DNA of 64,000 bases from Bdellovibrionales bacterium (GCA_965205945.1 CBDBIB010000001.1:576001-640000), one strand, 5' to 3'; positions 51,576-61,142 are shown, counted from the first letter of the stretch. The notes: generated from the sequence alone by a model not told the origin. Made by a program: numbers and translations.

Positions 51576-52528
51576 TAATACTCCTGTTTTTTTAAATCAG
51601 CCATTAAACTTCTAACTGCCAAAACAGAATTATCTAAGCCGGCTTTTTCTTCTTCATTTAAGCTAATTTCAATAACCTTTTCCATTCCATTTCCTCCAAG
51701 CTGACATAAAACACCAACAAAAAGGTCTTTATAACCATACTCACCTTGAAGATAAACAGCACATGGTAGAATTCTATTTTGATCTTTTAAAATAGCCTCG
51801 GCCATTTCAACCACACTAGCTGATGGAGCATAATAAGCAGAGCCTGTTTTAAGATACGCCACAATTTCAGCTCCACCTTTTCTGGTTCTTTGAATAAGAG
51901 CATCAATTTTCTTCTTTGAAAGCATTTCGGTTAAAAAAGCTCCACCAATTGAACAATGTCGAGGCATTGGGACCATTGTATCACCATGGCCACCCAGTAC
52001 AAAAGCATGGATATCTTTAACTGAAAAACCTGTTTCTTCTGCAATAAATGATCTAAACCTAGCACTATCTAAAACACCCGCCATTCCAATAACTCTATTC
52101 CTCGGAAAGCCTAATGTTTGTTTAGCAACATAAGCCATCGCGTCTAAGGGATTTGAAACAACAATCACCACAGTATTAGGAGCGTACTTTTTAACCCCAT
52201 TACATACTGTTTTCATAATTTTTGCATTAGTTTTAAGCAAGTCATCTCGACTCATACCAGGTTTTCTTGGAATACCTGCCGTAATTATAATAATATCTGA
52301 CTCACTAATATCTTCATAGGAAGATGTTCCGGTAACTTTACTATCAAAACCTTTAACCGGAGAAGCCTCAAACAAATCTAAAGCCTTTCCCTTAGCTGAA
52401 CCCTCATTAACATCTAATAAAACAACATCACCTAATTCTTTTTGAGCTGCCCAGTGAGCACACGTCGAACCCACAAAACCTGCACCTACTACCGATATTT
52501 TTTTTCTACTATACTGCTTTTTTAACAT
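51575..52528 (-). CDS. mdh: Malate dehydrogenase (LDH-like)
   Basis: [40 protein letters not shown] 52528 with GGAGAG SD. Confidence 0.97.
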   Translation of the reverse strand: MLKKQYSRKKISVVGAGFVGSTCAHWAAQKELGDVVLLDVNEGSAKGKALDLFEASPVKGFDSKVTGTSSYEDISESDIIIITAGIPRKPGMSRDDLLKTNAKIMKTVCNGVKKYAPNTVVIVVSNPLDAMAYVAKQTLGFPRNRVIGMAGVLDSARFRSFIAEETGFSVKDIHAFVLGGHGDTMVPMPRHCSIGGAFLTEMLSKKKIDALIQRTRKGGAEIVAYLKTGSAYYAPSASVVEMAEAILKDQNRILPCAVYLQGEYGYKDLFVGVLCQLGGNGMEKVIEISLNEEEKAGLDNSVLAVRSLMADLKKQEY

Positions 52529-53181
52529 ATTTCTCTCCAAATCTTTAAAAAATTGTAATTAAAGCTTTTCTTAAACCACCTCAAGCTAAATATTAAATTA
52601 TTATTAACCTATGGATGAAATCAGAGCCTGACAACCTGTTAAAAAAATACCTCCTAAAGTGCCACCAGTACTATTAAGAAAGGGTTATTTAACACTATAA
52701 ACATCAACAAATCTTTTAAGTTGAAAAAAACTCGACCATAAGCTCTTACTATTACCCACATCTTTTAAGTGTAAGTTTTTTTTACACTAATGTATTAAGG
52801 TTGCATCTGGTACATGGAGGATCAAATTTGTAAAAAAGCAGGCCATAAATAAAAGAAGATCTGTTTACTACTTTTTAAAATAATAACCCAAAAAAAATAG
52901 AACCACATATTATCAATACACAGACTAAAGTTGCCAACTACAATAAAGTTATTACAGTTCCAGACACAAGTACTGTTAATGTTAGAAGAAACATTACTTA
53001 AACATATAAGTATATGTAAAAGTGCTTATCTAAAAACTAAAATCATTCACGAAACAAAAAATTATTGCTATTTAGAATGAGAAAGACCCCATAAGCAAAG
53101 ATGAGTGCAAAAGGTATTTTCAGATAAAAGAGATTCAGAAGAATAAAAGGAGCCTGTAAATTAAATTAGGCTCAAAAAGAA

Positions 53182-53204
53182 ACCCACACCTAAAAGGTGT
53201 GGGT
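53182..53204 (-). terminator. Intrinsic terminator downstream of the histone H1-like gene
   Basis: Perfect hairpin ACCCACACCT-AAA-AGGTGTGGGT followed on the minus strand by TTCTTTTT. Confidence 0.8.
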
Positions 53205-53252
53205 AACAGTAAGATCATAAACTTAAACTCTAAGCATGTAATCTATTATTTA

Positions 53253-53528
53253 TTACCTTCTTCTTACAGCTCGTTTTTTAGCTGCTTTCTTCCTTGTAGT
53301 TGCTTTTCTAGCAACCTTTTTTCTTGTTGTTTTCTTTCTAGTAACTTTTTTCTTTGCTACTTTCTTCCTTGTAGTTGCTTTTCTAGCAACCTTTTTTCTT
53401 GTTGTTTTCTTTCTAGTAACTTTTTTCTTTGCTACTTTCTTCCTTGTAGTTGCTTTTCTAACAACTTTTTTTCTTGTTGTTTTCTTTTTAGCAACCTTTT
53501 TTCTTGTTGTTTTCTTTTTAGCAGCCAT
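53253..53528 (-). CDS. Lys/Arg-rich histone H1-like (Hc2-type) repeat protein
   Basis: Strong SD AGGAGG; 91 aa built of pentapeptides ([15 protein letters not shown]); no acidic residues; own terminator. Confidence 0.85.
   Translation of the reverse strand: MAAKKKTTRKKVAKKKTTRKKVVRKATTRKKVAKKKVTRKKTTRKKVARKATTRKKVAKKKVTRKKTTRKKVARKATTRKKAAKKRAVRRR
53285..53460. repeat. 75-bp tandem repeat (25 aa unit), about 2.3 copies, with a 30-bp near-duplication at 53461-53520
   Basis: CTTTCTTCCTTGTAGTTGC recurs at 53285, 53360 and 53435. Confidence 0.9.
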
Positions 53529-53596
53529 GATGTCCTCCTAATTAAATTGTCATCGTTTGCTTTTTTGTTTCATCTTTAATTCTAACTTCATGACTC

Positions 53597-53624
53597 TAAT
53601 CGTCAATATAAAATTTATACTAAA
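53597..53624 (-). promoter_or_regulatory. Sigma28-like promoter of the H1-like gene
   Basis: TTTAGTAT-N12-GACGATTA about 68 nt upstream of the ATG. Confidence 0.4.
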
Positions 53625-53647
53625 TCTTTTTTTGCATACTAAAGTTT

Positions 53648-54385
53648 ATGATTTTTCTCTATTTTCTAGCTTTATCTTCAAGTTTGTATACCGGATTTTT
53701 AATTTTTAATATTTTTTCCCGTACATATTCAAACTTTTTCTTTAAAATTAGTTTTATTGTTCTCTTCTGTGAAGTTTTACTCCTTTTAAGCTTTCATCAG
53801 CTCGATTATCTAATGAATTTAATTCTCTACACTCCTTTATTTATAGGCTTCTTCCCTTTTCTACTTTCCTTTTTAACTGTTTTTAAAAGACGCTCTAAAA
53901 GTTACCAAACAACCCTTACTTTACTCGAATGTATTAGTATTCACTTGCAAATAGGACAGTCTTTCATAAACTCTTTAACCCTAGCTTTAAAAAATCTCCC
54001 TCCAAATTCAAGTATTGATATTTCTTTTAAAAAAAATGTCATTGTGCAACAACTAAAGTCGAGAAATTGTACAATTTTTAATGAATTAACTCGAGATTTA
54101 AATACACTTTCACAGCAAAATTTAGGTAAGCAAGAACTTTTAAGCTTTATTAAATATAAATTTCAACTCAATTCAGAGCTTGAACAAAAGATAAACTTAT
54201 CTTCAATACAATATAAAACTCAGTCCTGTGCTCTTATTTTCTTTTGGCTCGCCTCATTTTCATCCTTATTTCTTCAAAACCAATTTTTTCTACACTTAAA
54301 TATTATTTTAATAAGCCTACTCATGATGACCCTAGGACTTCTTCTTGCAAAAAAAATGATTGTTAAAGTCAATTTTCGAATATGA
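53648..54385 (+). CDS. Divergent TadB-like (T2SS F family) membrane protein
   Basis: TM helices, then LLECISIHLQIGQSFINSL (cf. L..LRAG.SL..AL), ELEQKINLSSIQYKTQ and two terminal TMs. Confidence 0.5.
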   Translation: MIFLYFLALSSSLYTGFLIFNIFSRTYSNFFFKISFIVLFCEVLLLLSFHQLDYLMNLILYTPLFIGFFPFLLSFLTVFKRRSKSYQTTLTLLECISIHLQIGQSFINSLTLALKNLPPNSSIDISFKKNVIVQQLKSRNCTIFNELTRDLNTLSQQNLGKQELLSFIKYKFQLNSELEQKINLSSIQYKTQSCALIFFWLASFSSLFLQNQFFLHLNIILISLLMMTLGLLLAKKMIVKVNFRI

Positions 54386-54439
54386 TAAGCCTTTTAAAGG
54401 CACTTTAAATCTCTTAATTCTTTTGCACTTTATTTTAAT

Positions 54440-54811
54440 ATGTCAAACCCTACAATAAAATTTATTCAACACCTTATTCTTTGCATAAAATCTGGAAAAT
54501 CAATTTTATATGGAAAAAACTCCTGGAATGACCCATTCATCCTTAATATCCTAAATCGTAACTCCAACCTTACAAACATAGAGTATGAATTAAAAATTTT
54601 AATAGATAAAGGCCTATGCGGTTTTCCCATCCTCAAACTTCTTGAAAATCTTCACTTAAAAGCCAAAAATAAGCTTCTCTTTGAAATGGAGGGTCACTCT
54701 AAGAAAATACCTTTTTTATCCCTTATTCCCCTTTTTTTATTTCAAGTCCCCAGCCTTATTCTTATTTTCTTATACCCAATGATCTTTAATTTCATAAAGG
54801 AACTAAGTTGA
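54440..54811 (+). CDS. Short divergent TadC-like protein
   Basis: FIQHLILCIKSGKSI and EGHSKKIPFLSLIPLFLFQVPSLILIFLYP (cf. EE.AAK.P.KM..PL.LFI.P). Confidence 0.55.
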   Translation: MSNPTIKFIQHLILCIKSGKSILYGKNSWNDPFILNILNRNSNLTNIEYELKILIDKGLCGFPILKLLENLHLKAKNKLLFEMEGHSKKIPFLSLIPLFLFQVPSLILIFLYPMIFNFIKELS

Positions 54812-55140
54812 AAAAAATCTTATTCAACCTATTTATTTTACTTGTTTGCCAACGTCTCCTAGCAAATATGGCTTGTGATATGAAGCTTAAAGAGAAGAAA
54901 TGGCCTCTAGATTGCTTTGTGCTCCTTCAAGTCAACTCAACTAAGAAACTAGATAAAAAATACATTAATTTAGACCAATGGTGTAAAATTTATGCCCCAG
55001 AACTTTTAAATCAACCCCCTCCAAAAGCCCTTTTCACTCTTTATATGCCTAAAAACTGCTTACATATCTCTTTAAAGGCACAAGCTTATTTTAACTCCCA
55101 ATCTGTCTTAAATAGTACGTTTTTGAATTCTTTTCTATAG
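54808..55140 (+). CDS. Small exported Cys-containing hypothetical protein
   Basis: TTG start overlapping the upstream stop, AAGGA SD, signal peptide, four Cys in the mature part. Confidence 0.55.
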   Translation: MKKILFNLFILLVCQRLLANMACDMKLKEKKWPLDCFVLLQVNSTKKLDKKYINLDQWCKIYAPELLNQPPPKALFTLYMPKNCLHISLKAQAYFNSQSVLNSTFLNSFL

Positions 55141-55171
55141 ACCTTTTTTCTTCATAAAGTTAAAAACGCTT

Positions 55172-56167
55172 ATGTTTTTAACTAAAAATTCGCCTAAAGT
55201 TATCGGTTTTCTTGGAGAAGGACTCAACGCCAACGTTTATAAAGTTACAAAATATCAACCCAACCTTAAAGTTACAAAAATATTTGCTTTAAAAGTCTTA
55301 AAAAGACCTGAAGATTTAAATCATTTTAAAACTGAATTTGAATCTTTATTAAAAGCAAGTGGAAAACACCTTGTTAAATACCGCGGATGGGAAACTTATA
55401 AGTCCAAACCAGCACTGCTTTTAGAGTATATTAACGGTATAACCCTACAAAGTTTACTAAAACAACAAACACTAACACCTCAAGAAGCCTTATGGATTTA
55501 TCAAGAAGCACACTCAGGGCTTATTGAACTCAACGATTCAGACCTTTATCATGGTGATTTAAGCCCTCAAAACATAATGATTGACCTTGATGGCAACATT
55601 AAACTTATTGATTTTGGTTTAACACATTGGCGAACTAAAAAAATCGAACTCACACCTGAATTTGCTGCCGCATCAGTTTTAAATGGCGCAAAACCCTCCT
55701 TAAAGTCAGATCTAGTCTCTTTAAAACGCATTTTTGATCCATTTAACCTTACTCACTTTAAACCCTTAACTAATAAACCTGAAAGCCTTGTAAAAAAAGT
55801 TTTAATTCTACAAAACCTCTCTTCATCTCAAACAAAAAGTCTTAAACTTATCAAACTTAAAAAACATTCTATAAATTTAAATCTTAGAAAAATACTTGCT
55901 ACTATGGCTTGTTGCTTTATGATTTCTCCTGTTCCAGCTCAAAATAACATCTTTATTGAACACGAAATTTTAGTAAGAAGTACAAAATGGCTCTCTATTA
56001 AAACTTATAAAGGAGATCAGTGGTGCTTTACACCCTGCTCACTAAAGTTTAAACGAACAGGCCTTCAAACAATACAATGGAAAAGCAAAACTAAAGCAGA
56101 AACTATAAATGTTTATATAGATAAGAACCAAAAACTCCTTACTCTAAATTCAATAAATTCTTTATAA
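55172..56167 (+). CDS. Hanks-type Ser/Thr protein kinase with TM segment and PEGA-like C-terminal domain
   Basis: LGEGLNANVY, ALKVLK, LLEYING, HGDLSPQNIMI, LIDFGL; degenerate APE region (TPEFAAAS); C-terminal WCFTPCSL..TGLQTIQW. Confidence 0.85.
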   Translation: MFLTKNSPKVIGFLGEGLNANVYKVTKYQPNLKVTKIFALKVLKRPEDLNHFKTEFESLLKASGKHLVKYRGWETYKSKPALLLEYINGITLQSLLKQQTLTPQEALWIYQEAHSGLIELNDSDLYHGDLSPQNIMIDLDGNIKLIDFGLTHWRTKKIELTPEFAAASVLNGAKPSLKSDLVSLKRIFDPFNLTHFKPLTNKPESLVKKVLILQNLSSSQTKSLKLIKLKKHSINLNLRKILATMACCFMISPVPAQNNIFIEHEILVRSTKWLSIKTYKGDQWCFTPCSLKFKRTGLQTIQWKSKTKAETINVYIDKNQKLLTLNSINSL

Positions 56168-56471
56168 CCTATAGTTGGATACATTAAAGATGTTCATACT
56201 TATAATCTAGAATTTTTTACTCTGTTTTAAAGTTTCTTTCCCTAAAAAGTATATACCATAAATTCAGCAATCAAATTAGCCATAGTATTTACAAAAATTT
56301 GATGTTTTAAATACTCTGTATTAAAAATGTTTTAAAATTCGCTTCAATCTTATTCTATACAAATTTTTAAGCTTTACATCAAAAGATTATAGAAAAAACC
56401 TCTAATACCTAAGAACACTTAAAATACACCCATATCTTGTGATTTCTTATTTTATATTAGAAACTTTATTT

Positions 56472-57278
56472 ATGTTTGATTTTTTATATTTTATACTCGG
56501 CCTTATTCAAGGGCTCACTGAATTTTTACCTATTTCAAGCTCTGGACATCTTGCCCTAATTCAAGCTTTCTTCTCCAATGTAGAAAAAGAAAGCCTCTTA
56601 GTTGAAATCACAGCCCACCTTGGAAGCCTTTTTGCCATTGGTGTATATTACAGACAATCCCTTTTTTTACAAATCATAAGCTTTAAAAAAATTTCATTAA
56701 ACCGACTTTATCCTTTATATATTCTTTTTATCTCAACTCTGCCAGCGGGCATTGTCGGATTGTTCTTAAAAAAATATATCACCCCTCTTTTTTCTAATAC
56801 AAACACCATTGCATACGGATTTTTATTTACAAGTTTTGCTCTTATTTTCACTTATTTCTTTTCAAAAAAAAATACTCCTAAAAAAAATTTGCTTAACTGG
56901 CCAACACCCTTAGGAGCGCTTTTTATTGGATTTGCACAAGCCTTTGCTCTACTTCCTGGTGTATCACGCTCTGGCTTTACTATTACCGCAGGTATTTTAA
57001 TGGGCTTAAAGCCTAAACAATCAGCATTCTTTTCTTTTTGTAGTGTTGCTCCACTAATATTTACAGCAGCCCTCCTTTCCTTTTACAAACTAATCTCTCA
57101 TGCAGAGCGTTTAACACAGTCTGAAAATCTTTTAAATTTAGGCGTTTTACTAATTTCTTCTTTTTTCTTTGGCTGGTTAGGATTAAACTTAGTTCTTAGA
57201 TTTTTAGAGAGGAATAAGCTCCATTATTTTGCTTTATACCTTATTCCACTCGCAGGTGTACTACTTATCAGGGGATGA
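56472..57278 (+). CDS. uppP: Undecaprenyl-diphosphate phosphatase
   Basis: LGLIQGLTEFLPISSSGHL, AHLGS, LLPGVSRSGFTI; ATG 56472 preferred. Confidence 0.95.
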   Translation: MFDFLYFILGLIQGLTEFLPISSSGHLALIQAFFSNVEKESLLVEITAHLGSLFAIGVYYRQSLFLQIISFKKISLNRLYPLYILFISTLPAGIVGLFLKKYITPLFSNTNTIAYGFLFTSFALIFTYFFSKKNTPKKNLLNWPTPLGALFIGFAQAFALLPGVSRSGFTITAGILMGLKPKQSAFFSFCSVAPLIFTAALLSFYKLISHAERLTQSENLLNLGVLLISSFFFGWLGLNLVLRFLERNKLHYFALYLIPLAGVLLIRG

Positions 57279-57279
57279 T

Positions 57280-57504
57280 ATGAACCACGAATATGCTAAA
57301 AATTTAAAAGCTTTTGCCAATGCATTAGCATCTGACAAATTCAAATCTAATAAAGAAATAAAAGAAGAAATGGATAGACTTGGTTTGATCTATTCTGATA
57401 ATGAAATAGAACGATTAAACCGTGTTCTTTTAGCTCTTCATCCTTTTGCTGATAAAATTAGATCTAAACAGAATAAAGCTAATCAAAAGGAGCTTTGTCA
57501 TTAA
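57280..57504 (+). CDS. Hypothetical protein (74 aa)
   Basis: ATG 57280 with GGGGA SD immediately after the uppP stop. Confidence 0.6.
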   Translation: MNHEYAKNLKAFANALASDKFKSNKEIKEEMDRLGLIYSDNEIERLNRVLLALHPFADKIRSKQNKANQKELCH

Positions 57505-58474
57505 AACGAAGAAAAATATTTTAGAACTAATCGGCAATACGCCTATTGTTGAACTTACAAAAACTGTACCTAAAAACAAACATCGCTTTTTTGCAAAACT
57601 TGAATATCTAAACCCCGGCTTAAGTGTAAAAGATAGAGTTGCCCTTGCTATTATTCAAGGTGCTGAAGCTCGTGGTGATTTAAAACCTGGTGGAACTATT
57701 GTAGAAGCTACATCTGGCAATACTGGAGTAGGTCTTGCAATGGTTGCAGCACTTAAAAACTACAAAGCTATTTTTATTATGCCTGAAAAAATGTCTATGG
57801 AAAAAAGAGCTACACTCACAGGCTATGGAGCTAAACTTGTTCTCACCCCCAACGAAGTAGCCCCCGATGATCCAAGGTCTCATTATTCTGTTGCTAAAAA
57901 AATTGCAGCCCAAACTCCTGGAAGCTTTTATACAAATCAATTTCACAATATGGACAACCCTACACAACATTATAAAACCACAGGCCCTGAAATTTGGGAT
58001 CAAATGGAGGGCAATGTTGATCTTTTTGTAAGTGGCGCTGGAACAGGCGGAACTATCTCAGGCGTTGGTAAATTTTTAAAAGAAAAAAATCCTAATATTA
58101 AAATTGTATGTAATGATCCTGTGGGAAGTATTCTGTATGATTTATTCTATCATAAAAAAATCCGAACTCCTCCTAGCCCTTATCAGGTTGAGGGAATTGG
58201 TGAAGACATAATGCCTAGTTGTTTACAGTTTAATTACATTGATGATTTTATACAGGTAAACGACAAAGAGGCCTTTACATTATGTCGAAAGCTTACAAGA
58301 AAAGAAGGTATGATGGTTGGCCCATCTTCTGCTTCAGCTCTTGCTGGAGCTATTAAGTATTCAGAAAAATTAGAAAAATCCTCAAATATTATAGTAATGT
58401 TTGCTGATAATGGAGCAAAGTACTTAAGCAAAACTTTCAATGATGAGTGGTTAAAAGAACATAGGATTATTTAG
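57500..58474 (+). CDS. PLP-dependent cystathionine beta-synthase / cysteine synthase family enzyme
   Basis: IGNTP, KLEYLNPGLSVKDR, EATSGNTG, GAGTGGT, DPVGS, YQVEGIG; adjacent to a gamma-lyase. Probable ATT start at 57500 (SD AAGGAG 7 nt upstream). Confidence 0.9.
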   Translation: MKTKKNILELIGNTPIVELTKTVPKNKHRFFAKLEYLNPGLSVKDRVALAIIQGAEARGDLKPGGTIVEATSGNTGVGLAMVAALKNYKAIFIMPEKMSMEKRATLTGYGAKLVLTPNEVAPDDPRSHYSVAKKIAAQTPGSFYTNQFHNMDNPTQHYKTTGPEIWDQMEGNVDLFVSGAGTGGTISGVGKFLKEKNPNIKIVCNDPVGSILYDLFYHKKIRTPPSPYQVEGIGEDIMPSCLQFNYIDDFIQVNDKEAFTLCRKLTRKEGMMVGPSSASALAGAIKYSEKLEKSSNIIVMFADNGAKYLSKTFNDEWLKEHRII

Positions 58475-58475
58475 T

Positions 58476-59654
58476 ATGAAGAAAACGCCCAATACATGGA
58501 ATTTAAAAAACTTTGGTTTCTCAACTCGAGCTATTCATGCAGGACAAGAGCCAGATCCTACAACCGGCGCTATTATGACACCTCTTTATCTTACATCTAC
58601 ATATGTTCAGTCTTCTCCTGGCGTTTTTAAAGATTATGAATACTCCCGAACATCTAACCCAACTAGACGTGCTTATGAAGATTGTCTTACAAATCTTGAA
58701 GAAGGTTTTAAAGGATTTGCTTTTGCTTCAGGTTGTGCGGCAATGACTACTACTATGCATTTACTCAAATCTGGCGATCATGTTGTTGCTGGTGATGATA
58801 TGTATGGTGGAACATTCAGGCTTTTTGATAAGGTTATTAGAAATAATGGAATCGATTTTTCTTTTATCGATTTAACTAACCTTTCTAATTTAGAAAGGTA
58901 TGTAACTTCAAAAACAAAAATGATCTGGATTGAAACTCCAACAAATCCAACTTTAAAACTTGTAGATATTAGCGCAGTAAGTGCTTTTGCAAAATCAAAA
59001 AATATTTTAGTCGTAGTAGACAATACTTTTATGAGCCCCTATTATCAAAAACCTTTAACACTTGGTGCTCATATCAGTCTTCACTCAACAACAAAGTTTA
59101 TTGGCGGTCATAGTGATTTAATTGGTGGTGCTGTTGTTGTTAAATCCGAAGAGCTAGCCGATCACTATCAATTTCTTACAAATTCTTTAGGAGGCATAGC
59201 TTCTCCATTTGATAGCTATATGGCCATGCGATCTTTAAAAACCTTGCCCCTTAGAATGGATGCTCACCAAAAAAATAGCATTCAAATTGCTAAATTCTTA
59301 AGCTCTCATGATAAAGTTGATAAAGTTATTTATCCAGGTCTTGAGTCTCACCCACAACACACTCTAGCGAAAAAACAAATGACCGGTTTTGGTGGGATGA
59401 TCACTTTTTTTCTAAAGGGCAATTTAACCGAAGCTAGAATAGTCTTAGAATCTATGCAAGTCTTTAGTCTTGCTGAAAGCTTAGGTGGAGTTGAATCTCT
59501 AATTGAACATCCTTCAATTATGACCCATGCATCCGTTCCTTTAAGTACAAGAACAAAGCTTGGAATCACTGACTCTTTAATAAGATTATCTGTTGGCACT
59601 GAGGATTTAAAAGATCTTTTAAATGACCTTAAGACTTCTCTTAATAAAATTTAA
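58476..59654 (+). CDS. Cystathionine gamma-lyase/gamma-synthase
   Basis: YEYSRTSNPTR, FASGCAA, ETPTNP, VDNTF, HSTTKFIGGHSD, LAESLGGVESL. Confidence 0.95.
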   Translation: MKKTPNTWNLKNFGFSTRAIHAGQEPDPTTGAIMTPLYLTSTYVQSSPGVFKDYEYSRTSNPTRRAYEDCLTNLEEGFKGFAFASGCAAMTTTMHLLKSGDHVVAGDDMYGGTFRLFDKVIRNNGIDFSFIDLTNLSNLERYVTSKTKMIWIETPTNPTLKLVDISAVSAFAKSKNILVVVDNTFMSPYYQKPLTLGAHISLHSTTKFIGGHSDLIGGAVVVKSEELADHYQFLTNSLGGIASPFDSYMAMRSLKTLPLRMDAHQKNSIQIAKFLSSHDKVDKVIYPGLESHPQHTLAKKQMTGFGGMITFFLKGNLTEARIVLESMQVFSLAESLGGVESLIEHPSIMTHASVPLSTRTKLGITDSLIRLSVGTEDLKDLLNDLKTSLNKI

Positions 59655-59762
59655 TTATCGCCTATACCCTTAGCAGCTTTATAGATTCAAGTTTGACATT
59701 AAGTTTTCAAACTTGATATGACTTTACCTTCTTAATCTTGTTTATTATTGCAAACAACCCAT

Positions 59763-59838
<76 letters not shown>

Positions 59839-59905
59839 CTTTTCCCATTGGTCTAAATAAGAAAGCTTTTAAAAAATCAACATAACCTGGTTTTTAATTT
59901 AATAG

Positions 59906-60670
59906 CTATCTAGATTTTATATTAATAAATGGCATAGAGTTTCCAAACATTTGTTGTGGAAGTTTACCATCCCATTTTTGAACAGCCTCATAGTCAACTA
60001 AGCCTTTATTTTGACTTAAAGCTTTTGAACGGATGGTCATACTCTGTGCTTCAGCTTTAGCTGCAATAATTTTTTGAGTAGCTTCTTCTTTAACCTTCAC
60101 AGTTCTATTCTGAGCTTCTTTAGCCTGCTCAACCGCAATAACTTTTAATTTTACAGCTTTTTCAAACTGATCATCAAAATCCATATCATTTAATTCAATA
60201 GACATAAGCTCTATTCTCTTTTTACCTAACTCAGACGTAAGTTTTTTAGAAACTTCATCTGTAACTCTTTGCCTTTCTTCAATTAACTGAACAGCAGTAT
60301 ACTTTCCAGTAACTTCTTTAATATTTCCTTCTAAAACTTGTTTTACAAGAACCGCCACCCAATAAGGACCAACATCTTTATAGATATTATGAATTTCATG
60401 AGCTACAGGCCTAATATTTACAGTATAAATAATCTCAACCACCTGAGCATCTTTGGAGTAACAGCTTGAACGCCCTTCAAATTTTACCTCTCTAACGCTA
60501 AGCACTTTCATTTTTGTAGTAAGAGGGTTGTAAAAATAAACACCCTCCTCTAAGGGCTCTCCAACAACCTTACCAAATCTTGTTTTCACACCACGATTAC
60601 CTGTGTCCACAACTTTAAACCCACACGATGTTAAAAAAAATGTTAGCGCTATTACCAATATTAACTTCAT
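59906..60670 (-). CDS. SPFH/prohibitin-family protein (possible lipoprotein)
   Basis: LTSC, VDTGNRGVKTRFGKV, SKDAQ, F.KAV..K..A.EQA coiled coil, KWDGKLP; SD GGGAGG. Confidence 0.9.
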   Translation of the reverse strand: MKLILVIALTFFLTSCGFKVVDTGNRGVKTRFGKVVGEPLEEGVYFYNPLTTKMKVLSVREVKFEGRSSCYSKDAQVVEIIYTVNIRPVAHEIHNIYKDVGPYWVAVLVKQVLEGNIKEVTGKYTAVQLIEERQRVTDEVSKKLTSELGKKRIELMSIELNDMDFDDQFEKAVKLKVIAVEQAKEAQNRTVKVKEEATQKIIAAKAEAQSMTIRSKALSQNKGLVDYEAVQKWDGKLPQQMFGNSMPFINIKSR

Positions 60671-60727
60671 AATTCCTCCCAGTAAAAAAGCTCATCTTAC
60701 ATAAATTTAATCAATTGCAAAGGGGAC

Positions 60728-60756
60728 TTGCGCTGCATAAGATATAGCCTTACACT
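60728..60756 (+). promoter_or_regulatory. Sigma70-like promoter
   Basis: TTGCGC-17-TACACT, 26 nt upstream of ATG 60783. Confidence 0.45.
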
Positions 60757-60782
60757 CAAACTACCTTTAGATTGCCCTTAAT

Positions 60783-61142
60783 ATGATAAATTCATCACAA
60801 CTTATTCCCATTCTGCTGAATCTTACAGCTGCTTTTATAAGTGCTTTTGGGCAGTATCTTTACAAAATAGGCTCAACTAAGCTTGGAATAGAACCTATTT
60901 ATAAAAATTATCATATCTTTTCTGGAATTTTCCTCTTTACTATTGTTATGGTTTTATTCCTAACAGCATTTAAACTTGGAGGTAGACTTTCTATAACCTA
61001 CCCCATTTACGCCACCACCTTTGTTTGGGGCAGTTTACTTGGCGTGTGTTTTGATAAAGAACCCTGGAATTATGGACAAGCCTCAGGTTTGTTTTTGATT
61101 TTCCTAGGGATTTTATTAATTGCAACCTTAAGTCCTGAGTAA
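60783..61142 (+). CDS. Small 4-TM DMT/EamA-like transporter
   Basis: AFGQYLYKIG, GRLSITYP, DKEP..GLFLIFLGI. Confidence 0.75.
   Translation: MINSSQLIPILLNLTAAFISAFGQYLYKIGSTKLGIEPIYKNYHIFSGIFLFTIVMVLFLTAFKLGGRLSITYPIYATTFVWGSLLGVCFDKEPWNYGQASGLFLIFLGILLIATLSPE

Noticed and set aside
52541..53180. Structured ncRNA (RNase P, SRP, tmRNA, 6S) in the gap upstream of mdh
   Set aside because: No diagnostic motifs found on either strand.
53199..53579. 126-aa Cys/Phe/Ser-rich plus-strand ORF
   Set aside because: It is the antisense shadow of the Lys/Arg repeat gene, which has the SD and terminator.
2619..59599. Short 60-110 aa track ORFs nested in or antisense to long genes (e.g. 3882, 6110, 8547, 12642, 26988, 31118, 38346, 49640, 57680)
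   Set aside because: They overlap well-supported genes and show no recognisable motifs.
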